A stretch of 64,000 nucleotides of DNA from the human T2T-CHM13v2.0 reference genome, Homo sapiens. Both the position numbers and the translations under genes were made by a program. Below the pieces are notes generated by a model. It was not told the DNA's origin. It ran no database searches and saw nothing but the letters and a program-made list of their open reading frames with translations. The stretch lies in assembly GCF_009914755.1 (NCBI RefSeq), contig NC_060937.1; one strand, given 5' to 3'. Shown piece after piece: positions 53,909 through 64,000 of the stretch (within the stretch, counting starts at the first letter, position 1; each line of letters opens with the position of its first letter).

Positions 53909-54721
53909 TTGGTGCTTGCTTTATGATGTCAGACTGCAAGGGAGAACTGGAAGGGGAGTTGGGGGTTGTGTCGATCTTTTCTGTCCATTGTCCCAGCTGC
54001 TAGCTGCATAGAATCCAACACCAGACTTTCCCAGGAGGAGGAGGATGATATGCATTTATCTAACATCATCTCTCTGGGTTGACTTTCCTGTATTCATAGA
54101 GGAAAAGTTTATAGGATAGGGAGTTCTTAGTCAAGTGGTCAGGGGTGGGGAGGTTTGGAGGTGCAACCTTTCTGGTATTTTTCCCAAGAGTCCGAATTAC
54201 CCTTCTTAAATCAAAAAGCACATGTGAATCCCAAAGGAGCTCAAATTGTAGATGTGGGTGTAGTTTGCTTAATTCACAGGGGCTGAAATGTAGGAGCTCT
54301 GAAAGAGTCCCATAAAGGAGTAAAACTCGTGCATTTTTCTGAGATTTTAAATATTTGAGATGTTACACATCTAGATGCTTCCAGAAGCTATGACAATAAA
54401 CGTATTTAACAATCATGCCAGCAAACAAATGATGCTGGTTTTGCACAACTGGTCCAATGACACCAGGGACACCTGTGGGAGTATCAGCCTTGCTTCAATG
54501 TGCCCACAAGGCTGCAGACTGCCTAAGTACTGTATCTGAAGCTCAGTGGTTTCGATGGTATCTTTAGAGCCAAAATTGATTGAATACTCACTCTCAATAA
54601 AATAGGAATAAAAATTTGCCTTGTAAATTTGTTGTAAAAATAATGCCTGATGCGAAGTGCTTATTAAGTAGCACTTGCTATTATTATTCAGCATTCTTCA
54701 GACTAGAACATAGTAAAAAAA

Positions 54722-55267
54722 TTTTTTTATTATACTTTAAGTTCCAGGGTACATGTTCACAATGTGCAGGTTTGTTACATATGTATACATGTGCTGCACC
54801 AGTTAACTCGTCACTTGTTGGTGTGCTGCATCCATTAACTCGTCATTTACATTAGGTATTTCTCCTAATGCTTTCCCTTCCCCCGCCACCAACCCCACGA
54901 CAGGCCCCAGTATATGACATTCCCCACCCTGTGTCCAAGTGTTCTCATTGTTCAATTCCCTCCTATGAGTGAGAACACGCGGTATTTGGTTTTCTGTCCT
55001 TGCGATAGTTTGCTCAGAATGATGGTTTCCAGCTTCATCCATGTCCCTACAAAGGACATGAACTCATCCTTTTTTATGGCTGCATAGTATTCCATGGTGT
55101 ATATGTGCCACGTTTTCTTAATCCAGTCTATCATTGATGGACATTTGGGTTGGTTCCAAGTCTTTGCTATTGTGAATGGTGCCTCAATGAACGTACGTGT
55201 GCATGTGTCTTTATAGTAGCATGATTTATAATCCTTTGGGTATATGCCCAGTAATGGGATCACTGGG
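54722..55267 (-). mobile_element. 5'-truncated primate L1 (L1PA5/6-like): ORF2 C-terminus plus 3'UTR
   Basis: ORF 54952-55263 reads IPLLGIYPKDYKSCYYKDTCTR...WNQPKCPSMIDWIKK...LETIILSKLSQGQKTK...SLIGGN, the L1 ORF2 end; 3' terminus TTATTATACTTTAAGTT. Confidence 0.97.
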
Positions 55268-55339
55268 AATTTTTATTTTTTATTAGTTTTTATATGTTGA
55301 TGCTGACAAGGTCTCTGTTTGAGATGCACCTAGCTTTGT

Positions 55340-55520
55340 TTGTTTTAAACCACTTTATTGAAGTATGATTAATATACTAAAAGCTGTACATATTAAATGT
55401 GTACAACTCGATGAGTTCAGGGATAAGTGTGCACCTGTGGAACTGTCATGGCCATCAAGGCCATAAACGTATTCATCACCTCCATCACTGAAACTTTGTA
55501 CCCTCTAACCAACACCCTGT
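55340..55520 (-). mobile_element. L1MA/L1MB 3' end
   Basis: ctttattgaagtatgattaatatactaaaagctgtacatattaaatgtgtacaactcgatgag...cattcatcacctcc-like text. Confidence 0.8.
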
Positions 55521-56469
55521 CCTCACACCAAGCTTGTTTTGAGTATTGAATGTATCATAAACAATCTAACATGTCGAATCATTTGATGGCATTTTCATTT
55601 GTTAAGCCTGGCAACCCTAGCCAGATTAGAAGAAGCAATGGCTAGTTGTGGAGTGGCCATCATGTATCTTAGGAAGGCACGTCCCTCAATATGTAGAAGA
55701 TTTGGCACCCAAAGCCTGGGTAAACCAGTGAAGGGGGCATGCGTGACTATTGGCCTGCAAGCTGAATCCCAGCAGTTTACAATTCTCTGTGCTCTGGAGA
55801 CTCTCTGTGCTGTTTTGCTTCAAGCAATCTTGTTTAATTTGTACCTTAACAATCTAGAACCTTGCAGGAGGCCATAAATGTCTGGCCTCTGTGAAGTCGA
55901 GATGAAACAAACAGCCTCTTTAATGAAACTAGGGCAAGTGACAGAGTTAGAGTTAAAATTCGGCCATTTTTATTCCGGAATTCTTGCTTAAAATATCCAG
56001 GGGTAGACATCTCCGAAACCTAAAATTCAGCAGCCACATGAGATGTGGAACATGAGGCCAGTTCATGAGATGCTACTTGGTAAATGGAGAACTTACAAGT
56101 CTAGTGATGTATCTGATTATGTGGCTGTGTAAAAATTGCTTGTGACTTTAAAAAAACCTTCTAGGTTTTTTCCTACTTCTAGGTAACAATGGGAAGCCAG
56201 GGAGACGTTGTAATACCAAAAATGTGCAAGAAATGTTTACTAAAAGTTTTTGTTGAAAGACATTTGTAACAATGAGATTTTCCCCAAGGAGGTGATGATT
56301 CAAGTAGTGGTTGTTGTTTATGTGTGGGTACAAAAATCACTGTCACTTAGCTAAAGTTTAACACATTAGTTCAAATAACAAATAGGTCTCTGAAAAAAAA
56401 AAAATAGCCTGGTTTCTTAAATGGGCTTATTTGGGTAGCTGCTGTAGTCTGGTAAGACAATCATAGTGA

Positions 56470-56998
<529 letters not shown>

Positions 56999-57584
56999 TG
57001 TGGTTAAAAACTTTTATGTGGCCAGAGGACAGTAGGGTATCCAAACATAGGAGGCAAAGGCATGGAAAAACAGAAGAAAACAGGACCTACTCAAATGGGA
57101 TCTGGAACACCATCATTTGGGTCTTACAAATGGCCTCATAGGCAGGTGAAAGGAAAAACCTAGAATAAAAAATCTTTTACCAAAATTGAGGGAAGAAGGC
57201 TGACTTAAAACAAATAGTGATTTTATCTCCATGTTTTAAATATTCCATATGACAGCGCTAATATAATTGGCATTTTCACTTTATAGTTGCTGGTAAAAGG
57301 AACATACTTTCCTCGATACGTCTAGAAATCCTTGGCATAATGGGCCAGATGCTCTGTTTTTGAGGCAGAAGATGTCACATCTCCTGCAGGTCCCTTTGCT
57401 GCTCTTCACTGTGGGGTGGATTCTCATCAGCCATGCCTGGAAAAATGCAAGGGGGCTGAGACTTCTGTCCCATTCCCTGAAGCCAACCTGGCTCTGATAA
57501 CTGCCCAGGCCGGAGTGGCTCTTCAAGGTGTGACAAAGAATGAGACCCTTCAATTCTTCCCTGGACACCAGTGATCAAACTCAC

Positions 57585-57880
57585 CATTCAAACACAACTA
57601 ATATATCCCACAGATAGTACCTACTGTGTAGTATGCCCAGTGAAACAAAGCGGGCATATAACCTGCCTCCATGGAGTTTAATGTTTAGAGCGGGAGACAG
57701 AGAATTAGCGGGATACAGGGAATTATTGGTAAATAACAAAGAGTAAAACACTGAAGTCTGAGGTATTGCAGATACACAGCAATGAAGGAAAACAGTAGGG
57801 CATACCTTTGAGGATGAGGAAAGGGGAATATAAGGTGGTCGGGGAAGAAGATTTTTGATAAACTCAAATGATTTAAGATA
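57585..57880 (-). mobile_element. L2 3' fragment
   Basis: agtacctactgtgtag...cctgcctccatggagtttaatgtttag...gagacaga. Confidence 0.6.
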
Positions 57881-58842
57881 TTTCTGGACTGCCTTGTTAA
57901 CACTTCAACATTATATATGCTCCTGGAATTTTTTGCCTTTTTAGTCAGATCTCACACTTTAACTCATAATGAAAAGCAGGTAAAATGTGGGTATCTGATG
58001 AGGTTGAAAGTTCACACAAATGGAAACTGTCAATTTGAAGCATATAGCTTACCATACCTTCATTTATATATAGTGAAATTGATTGTGGTGATCAGTATTA
58101 AAATCTCACAAAGTAGTTTTCATCTTCAATGCAGTTTCAGCATTCCAACGAGGTATGTAATATTGTCTGTAATTTCTAGGAAGGAGAGGAGTAATTTCAA
58201 GTCAGAGACAGATTCTAAGTTAACACCCACTTCTGTGGTATGGCTAGCCTGATAGACCACATTTTCTCTCTCTGTCTCTCTCTCAACTTCCCCTTATTAC
58301 TCTAATTCTGGTAAGCACTCCCCCAACTTCACCATCTTCCTTCCTCTGAATAATTTGTCAGTATTTTTAATGATCACAGCTGCTCCAGGTCCAGGACCCT
58401 AAAATTCTGGGAACCAGGATGGGCTCAATTGCAGGAAAACCATGGGTCTTCCCAGATGGGAGAAATGGAGGCCCTCATTGCTCAAGTCAGTAACTCCTCA
58501 GGCAGGCAGCAGAATCTGGCTTTCAGAAAGGGCCAGCACATTTCTTTCTCCATCCCAGAAAGCCTTCGAGGAACCTGCTCGAAAGTGGCAGGTATCCAGG
58601 GGTCCCTTCAATCCCTGAGGATGTGTGATTCTTTTGAGTAATGGTTCCTACGGTGCCTGCAGCCACTTAAGATTTTATTCTGGAAGCCAAATCAAGAATG
58701 TTTCCCATTTCTTAGGTGTTTTTCTAATGAGAGGAGGTAATGAGAGCCTGAGAATTCTGGTGATGGTCCACATACCTAAACAATGTGGATAGTCTTCAGC
58801 TGCTGCTGCTTCTGCAAGCCAAGAAAATAAAAACCCTTACAA

Positions 58843-59238
58843 GCACCACACACATATACCATACACACACATGCACCACAGACCACACATACACTACACA
58901 CCTATGCATGCACACACACACACACACACACAGAGCATACACATCCCATACACACCATACATGCCACACACATTACTCATACACACACCACACCCCTAAC
59001 ACCCCACACATGCCACACACAAATGCATATACAACACACGTGTGCACACAAACTACACATATACACCAAACACATACACATCATACCCACCACACACATA
59101 CTGCACGTGGTACACATGCCACTCACACACACCACACTCCCCACATATGTCACACACACCACACACACTAAACATGCACATGCACCACACATCACACACA
59201 TACACATGTGCACACACATGTACATGCACCACACACAT
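58843..59238. repeat. Degenerate (CA)n/(CACAT)n low-complexity tract, about 400 bp
   Basis: Direct reading of the sequence. Confidence 0.95.
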
Positions 59239-60860
59239 AACCTGATATATCAAAAATCCCAGGGCTCACAAGCAAAGAGAGATTGCAGGTCATGGGCTTA
59301 TTTTAAAACACAGATGACCACAATTCGTAGTTCTTTGCACACAGTGAACAAAAGTTTGTTTTCCTTTTTAATCTTAAAAATACCTGTCTTGCAACAAACT
59401 CTGAATGATTCATTTTTTTCTCATATCACTGTTAGGTCAGCAGAGCAAATGTTATTTTTGTTTCACAGTTGGGGAAACTTGCCAAGATAGGTGGTGGCTT
59501 CTCCTCATTTTGTGTCTGGCCACGAACTCAAGACGTGTATTTCTATTCTGGTGGAATAGAATCAATGAGCATCTGCTGCTCTCTTAGAGTTAACTTATAC
59601 CCAGGATTTGGGGAGACTTTCAAGTGCCCAGTTCTACAAATTTTTTTAAATCTAGGCCAGAAACCTTACCAGGCAATTTGTTGTATAGAAAATTTATAAA
59701 ATAATAATGACCTATATAAACCAAACAAACAAATGACCTATCCAGTTGTAAGCTTTTCTCATGAAATTTAACTGTTTCAAAGTGAGTACATGATCAATTT
59801 GAGGCTTGGGTGTAATTCCTTAGAGTCTCATCATTGAGATCTCCCAAAAATTGAGAAGAAATATTTGAAAGGGGAAGGAATTAAAGTGATTTGTGGATTT
59901 CTATATTGGAAGATTTTTATGCTTTTCCACCCTGCTAGGTTTTTGCCTCAGCATAAAATGGATTCAATGGAACGACTGTGTTTTGCCGATGAACAGCTGG
60001 TTTTCTCTTTTTTCCCCTCTGAATTAGTGATTCATGATTTATTTTGGTCTTGTGAAGACACATTCTCAGATTGTGATGACATACACAAACCATTTGACTG
60101 AATTCAGTAAAAATACAGTAAAGTAAACCCAAAAGGATAAACAGGACGGTTGCATTCCAGCAAACATTTGTTTTTACTGAGACGATCACAGATAACCAGT
60201 TTGATTGCGTCTCCCTCTTTTAGACGGTCATCCCAAGTCCTGAAGGACAATGATTAAACAATGGAAGTGGACCTCTCTGTGTTCCAGTCTCCTCTCCCGA
60301 CAAAATGTGTTTGTCATGAAAGGGAGCTTAATTTTTAACATGGTTGAATTACTAAACACTTGAATTAAACATTCTCATGAGGGCTTATCTCCTAAAGAAG
60401 GCATTCTGTTTCCTTAACACTGGAATGGGCGTTTCATGAAGTATCATAAACAGTTTACGATTTAAGAAGAAAATGTAGTAACCTCCCCTGGATTAGGAAG
60501 GGTTCTGTGGCTGTAGCTTGTTACTGGCTGGAGACTGCTGAGATCGAAGGCCATCAACCTTGGAGATGCTGGCAGGGGAAGCTTTGCCTCTTTTCCTGGT
60601 CTATAGTGAGATGAGGTAGGACTGCAGGAAGGGCTGGAAGGTGGCCTGCAGTTAACAAGACGTCTCTCTGCCCACTGAGCTGTTTCCCTCACGTTTCACT
60701 GATGATTTCACAAGTGTGCATTTTATTTTAACGCGAGGATAATATTTACTCTTGGTGCGCATGAGGCAGGCATAGCTAGTGTGACAGACATTTGGAGAAT
60801 GTTTAAAGGCTGTGAGTGCATTGAGTATCTGAAAATTAGGGAGAGAGGACCCATGAAGCC

Positions 60861-61395
60861 TGTTCCATTTATTACATCTGTATAGAAATTACTCCAAGAT
60901 GAAGTGGCTTAAATCAATGGCAACATTTTATTTTGCTAATAGATTTATAATTTGGGCAGGGCTCAGGAGCAACAGCCTATTTCTGCCTTGCTTGGCCTCA
61001 GCTTGGGAGGTTCAAAGGCTGGAGCTAAAATCGTCTGAAGCCTCATTCACTCATGTGACTGTTGATGCTGACTGACTGATGTTGGCCAGAACACTTACAC
61101 ATGGCTCTTCATATACCTTGGGCTTCCTCACAACATGGCAGCTGGGTTGTGAGGGCAACAACCCTGCGAGAGAGAGAAAGACGACTAGGGGAAGCATATC
61201 ACCTTTCTGACCCAAGCTTTGGAAGCCAGGAAGCATTACAGTGCTTCCTGTGGGTTCCGTTCTGAAGTGCTTGCAAAATCTGGCCTGGGTTTAAGGGGAG
61301 CAGAAATTGGTTTCACATCTTGATGGGGACTGGTAAGTTTCTGGAGGAGGAGATGGAACTAGAAATATTGCTGCACCCCAGTTTTGGGAAAATCC
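60861..61395 (-). mobile_element. MLT1F-like MaLR solo LTR
   Basis: aaattactccaagatgaagtggcttaa...aatttgggcagggctcag...ttgggcttcctcacaacatggcagctggg. Confidence 0.8.
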
Positions 61396-61599
61396 TCCAG
61401 AGGGTCCATGAAAGGAGCATCTAGTAGGTCTGTAGGAAGATGGAAACACACACAGCTCTTACTTTGCCCATACCCTGGTGCCCCTGGAGCAGAAGTCCTG
61501 ATGTGGTGATATCATTTCTATGCCTTCGAATAGAAATGAAATTCAGAGACACATTTTGAATTACTGTGAATCTGATAATAAACTTTCATAGCATTGTCT

Positions 61600-61797
61600 A
61601 ACTTAAGTGACTCAACAACTGCCTTGTGAAGTGGGAAAGGCAGGCATAAGCCTCTCCATTTTGAGGAGGAGGAAGCTGAGAACTGAAAAAGTTTAAATGA
61701 CTTTTTGAATGCCATAGATTGCATAAATGTCAATATTGGGACTCAAATTCACATCTTCAGATTTCAAATCTGGTGTGTCTTTTGTTCTAACCACGTT
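61600..61797 (-). mobile_element. MIR
   Basis: tccattttgaggaggaggaagctgagaactgaaaaagtttaaatgact...gggactcaaattcacatcttcagatttcaaatc. Confidence 0.7.
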
Positions 61798-61974
61798 GAA
61801 CCTGAAGAAGAAAAGACCAAAGCAAATACATAATCAAATGGGTTATATTCTGAGATTACAGTAAGAAGGGGCAGGAGATTAAAGTGAGATTGACAAAATT
61901 AAAAATATTCAGAGGGTATTTTTTGCTGTCTAATGTGCTTTTTTTTTGCTGAGTAATGATACATTTAAAACCTT

Positions 61975-62150
61975 AATGCTCATTTATTAAAAAAAAAAAC
62001 TTTATTAGGAGCCTACTGCATGCCCAAAATGATGGTGGTATAAGTATAAATGGCAAGATTACTGATTTCAAGGCTCTATTAAGCTCACTGGGAGAAACAG
62101 ACATATAAAAGTCAATGGTATATGTCCTTTTTAAAATGATAACAATGAAA
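61975..62150 (-). mobile_element. L2 3' fragment
   Basis: tttattaggagcctactgcatgccc...ttcaaggctctattaagctcactgggagaaacagac. Confidence 0.55.
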
Positions 62151-63089
62151 TGGTATTGTATTATGCTCCCACTCCACATCAAAATTTCCATGAACACTAG
62201 AAAAAAACCTTTGAAATGATATAATTAGAGCACTGGAGAACTTAATAGGTGCCATGATTATGAGTAATCTAGAAATTTTGAGGAATTTCAGAAAGAAGGA
62301 TAGCAGCTGGAAATGGATAGAAAAAGTAGAAACAGGGAAGATATACCCCCAAATGTAGCCAGAAGCAATCTTTTTTTTTTTTAAGATCAGTTCCAGAGGT
62401 AATTTAAGCCCGTAGTGAGTAAATCATGAACTCTGAAGGATTTTTATGGGGCGATTGTCAGACAATGGATTAATTTTCTGTGTCTGTAGCAGATGTGCCA
62501 GACGAGCTCTACTTGGCTTTCCTTCCGGTGCTGAGCATCTGGCAGCAGCAGTGTTCACACCCAGGGTAAAACCTAAAAATTAAATAACCCCACAAATGGA
62601 AAAGAGAACGAGATCCCAGTTTGTGGGAACTTTGGGCTCACCAGTACCTACATGAAAAAATGCAAACAAGGAAGAAGAAAATGTAATCGCTGACTCAAAT
62701 ATTTGTCCACAGCTAAAATTGAGAATGTTCTCCAAAATGGAAATTGAGATATGAGAAGTTACTGCAGTGGACCAGGCCCAGAGAAGCAGATAAGATGCAG
62801 GAGGAACAGGTCAGCTGTTTAGGTCTGTTCTCTCCATCACCCAGGGCATCTGTCAATATGTGGATGGAGATTCTCATTTGGGCTAGAGTCAGCTGAAACC
62901 CTCAGCTACAAGTAAAAGCAGACACCCAAACCACCAGTATTTGATTGGTGGTAAAATAAAAAATAACAAAACACCGCCACACGTATACACATAAAAGAGA
63001 ATCACCATGGGGACAGAATTGGTAGTGCCAGTAGACGAAAACTTGAAATATAACCTTAGGGAGATTTGAGGAGCTTTGATGAAAAGGCT

Positions 63090-64000
63090 GTATCAAAAAT
63101 ATGTCTCGGAAATTCAAAATATGTCCATCAAAATGAAAAAAATTAGATATGTTGAACGCAGAATAAATACAGCTAAAGATTGAATTATCCAACTGGGCAG
63201 TTGAGTCTGAGTTATGCAATACAAAAAGTAAGAAACAGGCCAAGTATGGGGGAAAAAAAGCTAACGGATATGGAAGATGGATCTAGAGATTAAATATCCA
63301 GCTGTGGATCCCAGAAGGAGAGAACAAACAGAATGAAGAGTCAGGAATTCCCAAAAGCTGAAGAAGCTCATGACTCCTGAGACTAAGGGAGACTTAGAAC
63401 TGATAAGGTTTGCCAAGCAAGATACACGACTGCACATGGGCTAGCGAGGTTATAAGCACCAAACAAAAAAAGAATCATAAAACTTTACACAAAGAAAAAT
63501 CAGTTAACTACAAATTAAAGAGGATCAGCTCAACATCAGACTTCTCATCATTGATAGAAAACAATGTAGATAACAATGGAGAGTGTCTTTAAAGTCATTT
63601 GATAAAAAACAACTTGGAATGTAGAATTGTTTCATACTGAGTTATTTTTTCATTCAAGTGTGAAGGTGAAATAAAAATGCTTGTAAGTAATGAAAGCCTT
63701 ATAAAAATTACCCACAATAGGCATTTTATAAAATAATCACTCAAGGAGGTATCCAAACATGATTAAGGAAAAATATAAAAAAGATGATGGTATGAGCTAT
63801 AAGAAAGGGTGGCACACAAGGAAATCAGTGTAGTGCCTAGCTGAATTTCCGTAATTGTTGATGTATGATTTGAAAGAACACAAGCCCCTCCTCCCTTGGT
63901 AAAAATTCAGAAATGTAAACTCCATATAATTTCAACATGGGAAACAGTGAAAAATAAGAAAAGAAAGCTTGTGAAACATTGCCAAGGTCCTTAGTCTGTT
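63090..64000 (+). mobile_element. Old L1 ORF1-like sequence (L1M or HAL1), possibly extending 5' to about 62.2 kb
   Basis: Degenerate ORF1 C-terminal motifs: KRISSTSDFSS (cf. PIRLTADFS), VFKV, NNLECRI, SFKCEGEIK; no ORF2 start seen before the window ends. Confidence 0.75.

Noticed and set aside
58785-59490. Overlapping His/Thr- and Cys/Val-rich ORFs of up to 155 aa
   Set aside because: Artefact of the stop-poor CA-rich low-complexity tract.

Overview
This is primate (human-like) non-coding genomic DNA, either intergenic or deep intronic. I found no CpG island, no intact protein-coding gene, no structural RNA gene and no CRISPR array. It is dominated by interspersed repeats: Alu (J, S, Y, a monomer and truncated copies), L1 fragments, L2/L3/MIR, MaLR and ERV1 LTRs (one complete MST provirus with TSD), DNA transposon relics and one AmnSINE1. 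The one gene-derived feature is a decayed, intronless NME1 (NDP kinase A) processed pseudogene on the minus strand at about 30.4-31.1 kb. Next to it lies a scrambled patchwork duplicate (about 29.67-30.19 kb) that creates two interleaved long inverted repeats (A-B-A'-B'), one made of NME1 coding sequence. That structure is the most unusual thing in the window. I cannot support a claim of a new biological system beyond these hypotheses. Repeat subfamily names come from remembered consensus sequences, and boundaries of old repeats are approximate.
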